Shown piece by piece: positions 55,540-64,000 of a stretch of DNA of 64,000 nucleotides (within the stretch, counting starts at the first letter, position 1; each line of letters starts with the position of its first letter). The position numbers were made by a program, and so were the translations under genes. Source of the stretch: Prasinococcaceae sp. CCMP 1430. Taxonomy: Eukaryota; Plantae; Prasinodermophyta. The stretch lies in NCBI GenBank assembly GCA_013416795.1, contig RQSC01000004.1, forward strand, positions 500,854 to 564,853, in the 5' to 3' direction. The notes beneath the pieces are model-generated. The model saw only the letters and a list, made by a program, of their open reading frames with translations, did not search any database and was not told where the DNA came from.

Positions 55540-58386
55540 TCACTCCAGCAGCGCGGAGAGCGAGCCGTGTTTGCTGATCCTCTCGCACACGACCGCTATG
55601 TGCTTCTTGAGGCGCGCGGTGTCGCGCGGCAGCCCCGAGAGCGCCTGCACGGCGGCGCCCGCCTCGCGCGCGCCCCGCGCGAGCGCCGTCTTGAGCAGGT
55701 GCACCAGCGCCGCATCGGTGGTCTCCTCCCACCCCATTTCCATCGAGTCGAGCACCTCGGGCGTGAGGTATGCCTCGAGAGCGAGCGCCTCGGCATCCGA
55801 CAGCGCAAACTTGAGGCGCATGAGCAGAAGCAGCAGGCGCGTGCCCGCCGCCAGCCGCGCGCCGGCGCTGGCCGTCTCTCTCTGCGCGACCTCCACCTCG
55901 GTGCCCGTCTGAACGAGCCGCGAAAGGGTGTCCTCCAGCAGCGCGTCCAGATGGCCCAGGCTCGAGGGGTTTTTGTCGCGGAAGCGCACCAGCAGGCGGC
56001 GTTGCACGGCTCGCGCGGCCTCGGCGCGCCGCTCGAGCGCCTGCGCGCCGTCCTTGACGTGCGCGCGCCCGTCGTAGTGTGCGTCGACCAGCGCGAAGTA
56101 GTCCTGCAGCGGGAGCGGCTCGCTGAAGCCAATCCGAAAAGGGTCGGCCATGTCGGCGCCCCTCGCGCCACCAAAGTGCTCGAGCAGGCGGCGGGCCAGC
56201 TCTTGCGCCACAAGCGCGATCGCTTCGAAGGTGCGCGCCTGCACGCGGTAGCGCCCGGCGTTCTTGGACACCAGGATGGTGGCCTCGCCGCCGCTGGCGT
56301 ACCGCAGGGTGAGCACGTTGGCGCCGACGGGGCCGCCGCTCACCGCGGGCGAGACGGCCAGCACGTCGGGGAAGAGCTCGGGCAGCGTGGGCGGCGGGCG
56401 GTTGGTGTCGATCGTCACCTTGTACTCGGCCACCTTGACGGGCGGCACCGCCTCGGCCACCAGCGCCAGCGGCAGGGAGAAAGTCACCTTTGAGACCTGC
56501 GGCGCGGAGCCGCCCGGCACTTCGTAGCTGGCCACGACGGTGGCCGCGAGCGTGGCCGGCGGCGCGCCATCGGCGCCGCGCGCAGTGTGCGCGGGGTCCA
56601 CCTCGAACCCCACGGGCACAACCAGGGGCGTGCGCGCGCCGCCGCGCACGTTGCGCAGCTCGAGCGCCTCGCGGCACGGTCGAAGGGGCGCGCCGCAGCG
56701 CACCGTGAGCGTGACGAGCTCGATGGTGCCCACGCCCGCGTAGCTCACAAAGACCTGGGCGGTGGCGCTACGCGACGCGTCGCCGTCGGCGCCCCCCGCC
56801 GCCGCCCAGCCGTCGGCCCCCGCTGCGCCGCCCTCAATGCCCGAGGGCGCCTGCGCGCGCAGCTGCAGGAGCGGCGCGCCTCCCCCCTGCGCGCGCTCAC
56901 CGCCGCCGCCGCCGCCGCCGCCGGAATCGCTCTCGGACGCGCCCGACTCGCGAATTGCCTGCAGCAGCCCGCGGTGCTCCTCGTCCATCTCCTCGTAGTC
57001 CAACTCGCGCCCCTCCACCACCTGCGTGACTGTCTCCGGCGGCCGCGTGCCCAGCGCGCCCACCACGATGCGCCCGTCGCTGTCCATCGTGTAGAGCATG
57101 CCCGCGAGGCCGTCAGCCGGCGCCGCGCGCTCGCGCGCGTGCAGGTCGAATGCGCCCAGCGCCAGCGGCGGCGCGTCGCATTTGGCCGCCCAACACAGCG
57201 ACCCGCCGTGGTACACCATCACCGAGCCGGTGTCGGAGCCCACGACCACGTTGGCGAAGGACTTCCCCCCCGTGTGCGCAGGCACGCAGCGCACGAGCGC
57301 CATCGAGAGCGGCGCGTAGTCCAGCCGGCGCTGCGCGAGCATCGCGCCCGCGTCGCTCAGGAAGAAGAGCGTGCGCTCCCCGAGCACCACCACCACTGAC
57401 GCGTCGCCGACGTCGGCGTGCCCGGGCAGCGCGGCGCCCACCGCCAGCTCCATCACACCCTCGCCCACGTTGGTCGACCAGTCGGCCGTCACTTTCTTGG
57501 TGGATGCGATGCCGCTGTCGCCGCCGTTCGCGTCGGCCCCCACGGCGGTCTGGCCCTCGTCGGCCGACACTAGCTGCGCGTATCTGAAGCCCTGCACCTC
57601 GAACCGCGAGTTGGCAGTGACGAGCGTGTCCGTGCGCTGCGCGTACACGAGCGGCCCCGGCAGCAGGAAGTCGGGCAGGAAGCGGCGGAATGCCGCCACG
57701 TCGCACTCGAACACGCTGAGCTCGCCATCCATCGACTGCACGACGGTGCCATCAAAGTCGCCGCGGCCACCCAGCCGGCCAACGGCGAAGCAGCTAGCGG
57801 AGCGCTCCAGTCTGAGCGGGAGAGCGAGAGCGAGAGAAATGGCCATGGTGGTGGTGGTGTGTGTGTGGTGGTGGTGGGGGGGGGGGGCAAAGGGGTGCGG
57901 ATAGGTCAGGACCAGGCGCGGGCAAGGGCACGCTCTCCATGGCACGCGCGCGCGAACGGCGCGACCGTACCTGTGCTCGTACCGCTTCGTGAGTGTGTAG
58001 AACGCCGCATCGCCGGCGCCGTTGCCACCATCGGCGGGCGCGAGCGCGTACACGACCAGCGAGCGCGGGTGCAGCACGGCGAGCGTGTCGTCGTCCGCAC
58101 CGACAACGAAGCGCCCCGCCTCGAGCTGCAACACGGGGACGCCGAGATCGACCTCGAGCAGCATCTCCTCAACGCGAGTGGCGCCCTCCTCGCCGCTCGA
58201 GCTTGTTTCGAGGGCGCTCGCCGACGCGGGGCGCCACACGCGCAGCATGCCGTCCAGCGAGCCGGACGCGATGCACGCGCCGGCGCGCACGCCGGCGAGC
58301 GCGCCGCAGCAGAGAGCGCCGCACGCGAACTGCTCGCCGGCCGCCGCCGCCGCTGCCCATCGCTCGCGCACGCGGAAGAGGCTCAT
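55540..58386 (-). CDS. BBS9: BBSome core subunit BBS9/PTHB1; intron 57970-57812
   Basis: MSLFRVRERW, ASGSLDGMLRVWRP, LLEVDLGVPVLQLEAGRF, LAVLHPRSL, YEH|RLERSA, VQSMDGELSVFE, FLLPGPLVY, YKVTIDTNRPP, TILVSKNAGRYRVQ, QRRLLVRFRDKNP, MGWEE. Confidence 0.93.
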   Translation of the reverse strand: MSLFRVRERWAAAAAAGEQFACGALCCGALAGVRAGACIASGSLDGMLRVWRPASASALETSSSGEEGATRVEEMLLEVDLGVPVLQLEAGRFVVGADDDTLAVLHPRSLVVYALAPADGGNGAGDAAFYTLTKRYEHRYGRAVRARVPWRACPCPRLVLTYPHPFAPPPHHHHTHTTTTMAISLALALPLRLERSASCFAVGRLGGRGDFDGTVVQSMDGELSVFECDVAAFRRFLPDFLLPGPLVYAQRTDTLVTANSRFEVQGFRYAQLVSADEGQTAVGADANGGDSGIASTKKVTADWSTNVGEGVMELAVGAALPGHADVGDASVVVVLGERTLFFLSDAGAMLAQRRLDYAPLSMALVRCVPAHTGGKSFANVVVGSDTGSVMVYHGGSLCWAAKCDAPPLALGAFDLHARERAAPADGLAGMLYTMDSDGRIVVGALGTRPPETVTQVVEGRELDYEEMDEEHRGLLQAIRESGASESDSGGGGGGGGERAQGGGAPLLQLRAQAPSGIEGGAAGADGWAAAGGADGDASRSATAQVFVSYAGVGTIELVTLTVRCGAPLRPCREALELRNVRGGARTPLVVPVGFEVDPAHTARGADGAPPATLAATVVASYEVPGGSAPQVSKVTFSLPLALVAEAVPPVKVAEYKVTIDTNRPPPTLPELFPDVLAVSPAVSGGPVGANVLTLRYASGGEATILVSKNAGRYRVQARTFEAIALVAQELARRLLEHFGGARGADMADPFRIGFSEPLPLQDYFALVDAHYDGRAHVKDGAQALERRAEAARAVQRRLLVRFRDKNPSSLGHLDALLEDTLSRLVQTGTEVEVAQRETASAGARLAAGTRLLLLLMRLKFALSDAEALALEAYLTPEVLDSMEMGWEETTDAALVHLLKTALARGAREAGAAVQALSGLPRDTARLKKHIAVVCERISKHGSLSALLE

Positions 58387-58539
58387 CGAGCCCGCCCGCC
58401 CCACCTACGCCGCAGAGGGCGCTCCGCGCCGCGGATCGGCTGGCTGGTCGCTACCCGCCGGNNNNNNNNNNNNNNNNNNNNNNNNNNNNNNNNNNNNNNN
58501 NNNNNNNNNNNNNNNNNNNNNNNNNNNNNNNNNNNNNNN

Positions 58540-58611
<72 letters not shown>

Positions 58612-58840
58612 CTGCTGCGGTGGGTGGTGGTCGCGGTGGGTGGGGAAGATTGGAGGCCGCGCGTTTTGGTGGGTGATGTGTGTGGTGGCGGGTGCGCGCG
58701 CGCGTGGGGGGGAGGAGGAGGCGGGGCAGGGGTGAGAACGTGGCGCCGCGGCGGCACAACGCCGCAGCGGGCCGAGGCTGCCGCTGCACACGCACGCCTG
58801 CAGGCGGGCGGGCGGGCGGGCCTCCCCCGCCGGTCCGGTC

Positions 58841-61687
58841 ATGGGCAACGCGCTGTACGTTGAGCGCAGGGGCGCGCCGGCCGTGCGGCGCGCGCAGCTA
58901 GCGACTGGCGTGGCCGCGAAAGGCGGCGGGGACGCGGCTGCAGCGAACGGGGCGGCCGCGGGACTGCGCACGGTGCCGGCCGCCCCCGCGGGCCGGGGGG
59001 GCGCCGCCGCCGTCCCGGGCGCGCTGCTCAGGCTCTACGAGGTGCGCGCGGGCTCGGCTGGCATCACGCCCGAGCCGCTGCCACTCGCCGGGGGGGAGCC
59101 ACTCGCGCTCACTCCCACCTCGGCGTACGTCGCGATCGTGCTGCGCTCGGTGGCGCTCGCCGCTGCCGGCGCGGACGAGGCGGCCGGCGATGTGGTCCTG
59201 TGCGAGGAGCAGGTCGTCGAGGCGATCTCCCCGCGCGGGCTCGCGCGCTCGTTCGTGGGCCGGAGCGTAGTGGCGGCGGACGGGAGCGCCGCGGCGCTCT
59301 CGCCGGACGCGCCCCGTTGCGACTACCGCGTGTACGTGCTCAACGGCGTCCAGTCATCGCCCGTCGCGCGCGCGCTCGCGCTCACCGCGGCGCTGCAGGC
59401 CGAGCGGGAGCTCCTCGCAGCGGGCTCGGTGTGCGCGAGCCTGCTGGGCGTAGCGGGGGCGCCGAGTCTCGACCTCGTCCGGCTGCCCCAGGTCGCCCTG
59501 CATGGCGTCGACTCCATGCTTTGGGACCTCACCGAGCGCAGCGCCGACGCGGGCGCGGACGACCCGGAGGGGAGTGGGGCGGACGGAGGTGCGGCCGTCG
59601 ATATGGACACGGACGGCGAGGGCGCCGCAGGCGACTCGCGCGTCGCATCAGAGTTGGAATCCGCGTCCTCGCCGCACGCACACAGCTCCGGGCTGGCGAT
59701 CCCGCCTCCGAGCGCAGGCGTGCCGAGGCTCGGCCTCTCACTAGGCAGCACGGGCGACGGCGGCGCTCCGGGGCCGCCCTCGCAATCGTCCGCGCCAGCG
59801 GGGGACGACGCGGCGGCGGCGGAGGACGACGATGAGATGAGCGACAGTGCCGAGGACGACAGCGACGGCCTGAGCGACAGCGGCAGCGATGCCGGCGGGA
59901 GCGACCCCTTGCGCGGCGGCGATGCGGGCACCGCGCAGCAAACGGCGGGCGGCGGCCCCGCCGAGCCGCCGCTTGTGTCGAACCGCCCCCCTTCGCTCTC
60001 GCTCAGCCTGGGTCGCGCGGCGCCGCCTGCGCCGGTCCCGCTTGACCTCGGCTCTGTTGGTCGTGGCGGCGCGGAGAAGACCGAGGCGATGCGCAAGAAG
60101 GAGAAGATGGCGCACTTTGCCGGCCACTGCTCCCGCGTTGCCCCTGGACTGCACGTGTCGGGCGAAGCGGTCGCGCGCGACCGCGCTGCCCTCGACGCGT
60201 GCGGCATCACGCACGTGGTGAACTGCGTGGGTTTCGTGTGCCCAGAGTGCCACGCGCCCGACCTGCGATACAAGACCCTGTGGCTCCAGGACACGCCCGA
60301 TGAGGACATCTCGAGCCTCCTGTACGAAGTTTTCGACTTCATCGCGGAGGCGCACGCGGAGGGCGGCACGGTGCTCGTGCACTGCACGCACGGCGTGAGT
60401 CGCTCGGCGAGCTTCGCTATAGGTTATGAGATGTGGCGCACGGGCGCGTCATACGACGACCAATTCAGGGCCGTCAAGGAGCTGCGCGGCGTCGTCAACC
60501 CCAACGTGGGCTTCGCGTGCCAGCTGCTGCAGTGGGGCGGGCGGCGCGAGGGCAAGGAGCCTCCCAGCGCCGCGCGCGCGCGCGTGCTGCGCATCGCGCC
60601 GCACTCCGAGCACGACCCTTTGCTGCTAGTACCCAAAAGCGCAAAGGGCGACGGCACGCTCGACCCGCGTGGGGCGTTCGTGGTGCTCCCGCGGGGTGGC
60701 AGCGCGGTCTACGTGTGGGTTGGCGAGGGCTGCCCGCCGCAATTCGAGGAGGCGGCAGATCTCGCGGCCCAGAGGCTGGTCAAGTACGAGGGCTTGCCCG
60801 CGCCCACAAAGGTGCACCAGGGTGCGAACGAGTCCGAGGACCTCAAGGCGGCGCTGCGGGCGTGGGGCGGCGCGGGCGCCGAGGGCGCCGCGGGGGCAGA
60901 TGCAGCGGGCGCGCGCGCGCGCGCAGAGTGGGACACCGACTTCGAGCTCTTCCGGAAAGGCCTCGAGCGCGGCACGCCCGCCATGCCTGGCTGCGGTGGC
61001 GGCGCCGGCGCTCCGCCACCAAGTGAGGTGCCGCTGTACGCCATGCTCGCGAGCAGACAGCGCAGCGTGGGCAACATGACGGCAGCGGCGGCGGCGCGCG
61101 CGCACGCGCACGCCGGTGTGCCCGCGGCGGACGCGCCACCGGCGCTCGCGCGCACAACTTCTGAGGGCAGCGCCCTCCTGGGTGGTTCGGGCGGCCCGCA
61201 GACGGGCCTGCGCGACTCGGCTCAGCCGCCGTCCGCGCGCCGCAATCTCTCGCTGGGGCATCCGACGGTCTCGGCTGACGGCGGCGAGGGTGCCGTCGCC
61301 GATGGCCGCGCCCGGCGCTGGGGCGGGTCCGAGGCTGGGCCGGGCGCTGAGGAGGCGAGCGCGCCGCACTCGGCGCCCGCGGGCGCGCGCCTGTACACGT
61401 GGCCTGACATGGAGGAGCTCAAAATGTTCGACGGCGACGATCTCGAACCGGGCGGCGTCTTCTTGCTGGTCGCGCCGGTCGGCGGTGACGAAGACGAGGG
61501 TGGCGACGGCACACCGCTGTGCACGGTGTGGGTGGGCGGCGACGCCGACCCAGAGGAGGTCCCGGCAGCTTCGGAGGCCGCCGAGGCGTGCGCTCGCACG
61601 CTCGGCCTCGAACAGGTGCCACGCTCAAGGCTCGTGGAGGACGGGGACGAGCCTGATTCGTTCTGGGAGACCATCGACGGTGCCTGA
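58841..61687 (+). CDS. MKP1: Plant-type MAP kinase phosphatase MKP1 (dual-specificity phosphatase with gelsolin-like domains)
   Basis: GITHVVNCVGFVCP, LWLQDTPDEDI, LVHCTHGVSRS, VVNPNVGFACQLLQW, RIAPHSEHDPLLLVPK, LDPRGAFVV..VYVWVG, C-terminal LYTWP..FDGDDLEPGGVFLL..VWVG. Confidence 0.9.
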   Translation: MGNALYVERRGAPAVRRAQLATGVAAKGGGDAAAANGAAAGLRTVPAAPAGRGGAAAVPGALLRLYEVRAGSAGITPEPLPLAGGEPLALTPTSAYVAIVLRSVALAAAGADEAAGDVVLCEEQVVEAISPRGLARSFVGRSVVAADGSAAALSPDAPRCDYRVYVLNGVQSSPVARALALTAALQAERELLAAGSVCASLLGVAGAPSLDLVRLPQVALHGVDSMLWDLTERSADAGADDPEGSGADGGAAVDMDTDGEGAAGDSRVASELESASSPHAHSSGLAIPPPSAGVPRLGLSLGSTGDGGAPGPPSQSSAPAGDDAAAAEDDDEMSDSAEDDSDGLSDSGSDAGGSDPLRGGDAGTAQQTAGGGPAEPPLVSNRPPSLSLSLGRAAPPAPVPLDLGSVGRGGAEKTEAMRKKEKMAHFAGHCSRVAPGLHVSGEAVARDRAALDACGITHVVNCVGFVCPECHAPDLRYKTLWLQDTPDEDISSLLYEVFDFIAEAHAEGGTVLVHCTHGVSRSASFAIGYEMWRTGASYDDQFRAVKELRGVVNPNVGFACQLLQWGGRREGKEPPSAARARVLRIAPHSEHDPLLLVPKSAKGDGTLDPRGAFVVLPRGGSAVYVWVGEGCPPQFEEAADLAAQRLVKYEGLPAPTKVHQGANESEDLKAALRAWGGAGAEGAAGADAAGARARAEWDTDFELFRKGLERGTPAMPGCGGGAGAPPPSEVPLYAMLASRQRSVGNMTAAAAARAHAHAGVPAADAPPALARTTSEGSALLGGSGGPQTGLRDSAQPPSARRNLSLGHPTVSADGGEGAVADGRARRWGGSEAGPGAEEASAPHSAPAGARLYTWPDMEELKMFDGDDLEPGGVFLLVAPVGGDEDEGGDGTPLCTVWVGGDADPEEVPAASEAAEACARTLGLEQVPRSRLVEDGDEPDSFWETIDGA

Positions 61688-61857
61688 GCGCGAATGCCGC
61701 GAACAGGAGCGCGAGCGCGCGAGCGTGCGCGAGCGTGCGCGTGCGCGAGCCCGGGCGAGCGAGCGGGCGGCGCGGGTGCCTTCCCTGGCTCGGGCGCCGA
61801 TGCGTGGCGCTGGGCGGCGGGATGCCTATTCACCCTATAAAATTACAAACAGTCGAC

Positions 61858-62346
61858 TCATCGCGACGGCACCTTCACGTCGCACGCGCCGATTCCGTCC
61901 GCCATGTCGGTGTGGCTCTTCTGGCCCGCCGCGCGCATCCACTCGAGCTTGACGTCCACTGTGGCGTTCACGCCACACATGTCGAGCTCGACCAGGCCAC
62001 TGCCCTTGAGGTCGCCGTCCTCCCCGACCAGCGCAAACACCTGCGTGAGAATCCCTAGGCAGCCACTGTACGGCCCGCCCGTCACCACCACGACGTCGTC
62101 GACCGAGAAGGGCCGGCGCTTCGGCGGCACGTGCTCGGGAGCCAAAGACGAGAAATCGTGGGAGCGGTACGGGCCGTTGATGACGACGTCTGTGGGATGT
62201 GGGCCGGGAGCGCGTGCCCCTCCCGCGTCGTCATCGCACCCGCCTCCCGGTGCCGCCTCCCCAGCACCCGCCTCCTGCCCAGGCTGCCGATCCCTGGCCT
62301 CGAATCGTCCAGGCACCGCCAGCTCGATGAGCTGCGGCGCGACGTG
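61858..62346 (-). CDS. KOW-motif protein, NusG-like C-terminal domain (possibly pTAC13-like); 5' part lost at the n at 62347
   Basis: PFSVDDVVVVTGGPYSGCLGIL..LVELDMCGVNATVDVKLEW resembles the NusG KOW domain (F.VG..V.V..GPF..F.G.V); frame open up to the n. Confidence 0.6.
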   Translation of the reverse strand, partial: HVAPQLIELAVPGRFEARDRQPGQEAGAGEAAPGGGCDDDAGGARAPGPHPTDVVINGPYRSHDFSSLAPEHVPPKRRPFSVDDVVVVTGGPYSGCLGILTQVFALVGEDGDLKGSGLVELDMCGVNATVDVKLEWMRAAGQKSHTDMADGIGACDVKVPSR

Positions 62347-62347
62347 N

Positions 62348-63496
62348 GAGCAGCAGCGCCGATGCAGCGCCGGGCGGCACCGACGTCACGGCGGATGACA
62401 ATGCGAGAGAGCAGGGTACGTGCTAGCGTGCGCTTCTCTCGGGCTAGTCGCGACGATGAAGGGCGCGTGCGCAAACAGCGGCGATCCTCTCTCTCTCTTG
62501 CTTGCTTGCTTGCGCGCGCGCGCGCGCGCGGATTTGTGTGGTAAGGCTGTCGGCAGGTTTGAATGGCCTGTGCGCATACACTGACCTTGGGCTGAATGGC
62601 CCGCACGCGCGCACTCGCTCGCTCGCTCGCACGTACGCACGCTCGCACGCACGCTTCCTTCGCTCTCTCCCCCTCTGCCAGAGGCCGTGGGCGACGCGCT
62701 TAATGCGCTGTTCGACGGCTGCGAGCGCGTGATCGTCTTCGACGCGAGCGGCGAGGTGCTTGGTACGGGCGGGCAAGGCACGGGCAGCGTGACGCGCGAC
62801 GAGCTGCGCGCGACAGCGGCAGTATTTGAGGACCGCGACGCGGCCATGTCGAGCGGTGTGGTGCTCGAAGGTCAGCGCTACGAGGTCCATCGCTGGCATC
62901 CGCCATGTGTGTACGGTCGCACGACGACGGAGCGATCGGAGGACTCGGTTGGCTTCGCAGTCTGCCGTGTGGCAAGCCGATCGTGCGAACCCGCGCGCCT
63001 CGTGTTGGCGACGTACGCGTTCCCACGACTGAGCGCGCGGGTCGTGCCTGAGCTCGTTGAGTTTGCTCAGCATTTCCTCGGTTTGCCAGAGCCCGTTTGG
63101 GAGGCGGGGCGCGGCGGCCAGGGCGTGTTGGCCCGGGCGTGGGCGCGGGTGGGGGACGGGGCGCATGCGCACGCGGGCACGACGCCAAAAAGCGCGACGG
63201 CAAAGAGCACAGCCGGGTCGGAGCGGCGCCGAAACACCCCACCGCAACGCAACGCAACGCAGCGACGGCGACGCGATGCGGCGCGACGGCGGCACGACGC
63301 GACGGCGGCGCGGAAGGGGGGGGGGCAGCGGATGGAGGCGAGCGCGCGAAAGAGAGAGAGAGAGAGAGCGCCGCCATGCAGACCGACCCACGGACGAAAG
63401 CAACAAGCCGGGAGGAGAGGGGGGGGGGGCGCGGCGAGAGCTCGGGAAGGGGATTGGGAGGGAGAGCTCGGGTGTGAGGAGGGGAAGTGGGGGTAG
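62348..63496 (+). CDS. Profilin-like protein; exon 62348-62415, intron, exon from 62682; 5' end lost at the n, 3' end uncertain
   Basis: VIVFDASGEVL..VTRDELRA..GVVLEGQRYEVHR..VYGR..GFAVCRV..LVLATY..VVPELVEFA follows the profilin fold pattern; phase-1 splice g|gtacg ... gccag|ag. Confidence 0.6.
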
Positions 63497-63676
63497 GAGC
63501 TCCTACCAAAGTTACCTTGACTAACTAGCTATTGAAGAGGGAGATCTGCCGGCCGACCAGGACCAACCAAGGATGGCGAAGAGGGACAGCCATAACGGTG
63601 CACCTCACGCGCCAGCCGGCCCCGGACCGGCCGAGGCACGCCCAACCAGGCGGGCGTGCTCGCCCGCAGCCACAGC

Positions 63677-64000
63677 TCACGCGCCCCCTCCCGTGCGCCT
63701 CCACCTGGCCATGAAGAAACCGTCCGTGTGGTGCACGTGCGGCAGCATCTGCCGCGCGTGCGCCAACGCCCCCTCCAGCGCCCCCTCGGTGCCCGCAGGG
63801 AAGTCCCACGCCTCGAAGGCGGCGCCCTCCGCCGAGGCCTCGAAGGCCCGCACGACCTCCTCGTTCTCCACCGCCATGATCGAGCACGTCGCGTACACCA
63901 GCCGACCGCCGGGGGCCACCGCGCGCGCGGCCCTGCGCGCGAGCTCCGCCTGCAGCACCGAAATGATGCGCCCGCGGTGGGTGTAGTGCTCCTCGAGCAG
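63677..64000 (-). CDS. RsmB/NOL1/NOP2/Sun m5C methyltransferase, C-terminal part, runs off the window
   Basis: LQAEL..APGGRLVYATCSIMAVENEEVV..MLPHVHHTDGFFMARW; motif VI cysteine intact. Confidence 0.88.
   Translation of the reverse strand: MLEEHYTHRGRIISVLQAELARRAARAVAPGGRLVYATCSIMAVENEEVVRAFEASAEGAAFEAWDFPAGTEGALEGALAHARQMLPHVHHTDGFFMARWRRTGGGA

Noticed and set aside
58540-58610. Long poly-G run as a G-quadruplex or regulatory element
   Set aside because: Directly abuts an N-gap; typical of a sequencing or gap-fill artefact.
4285-62681. Introner-type repeated introns
   Set aside because: Introns share CG/CA-rich low-complexity composition, but I saw no extended sequence identity between them.

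Overview
Very GC-rich (by eye ~70%), gene-dense, intron-containing eukaryotic nuclear DNA. GT-AG introns with CTGAC branch points, a plant-type KARI, a plant-type MKP1 and AAACCCTA telo-boxes point to a green alga, probably prasinophyte-grade; the species cannot be fixed from sequence alone. About 26 protein-coding loci are supported: an NSUN2-like protein, KARI, an alpha/beta hydrolase, a RINGv E3, a JmjC protein, a glycosyltransferase-like protein, PP1, a delta-12 desaturase, DDX10, a GPATCH4-like protein, a GS-like ligase, RTEL1, a coiled-coil protein, a secreted Pro/Thr-repeat protein, a flavin monooxygenase, a Kelch protein, a large WD40 protein, an exportin-4 fragment, a PXA-PX nexin, DDX46, an eEF1B-N fusion protein, RPL36, BBS9, MKP1, a KOW protein, a profilin-like protein and an RsmB/NSUN protein. 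No rRNA, tRNA, CRISPR array or transposase was recognised. The assembly is fragmentary: it has N-gaps, single-n joins and several genes abutting without their 5' ends. Two short alphaproteobacterial (sphingomonad-like) fragments are spliced into algal genes: a sigma-54 activator N-terminus fused in frame to RTEL1 at the shared Walker A motif, and an adenylate kinase piece inside the coiled-coil gene. Both are most likely gap-fill chimeras. The most promising real biology is (i) a strongly codon-biased protein joining an eEF1B-type GST-like N-domain, a Lys-rich linker and a C-Ala/DHHA1-like domain (a possible Arc1p/AIMP-like tRNA-handling scaffold), (ii) an NSUN2 paralogue lacking both catalytic cysteines, (iii) a GS-fold gamma-glutamyl-amine ligase candidate and (iv) a secretory-pathway JmjC dioxygenase.
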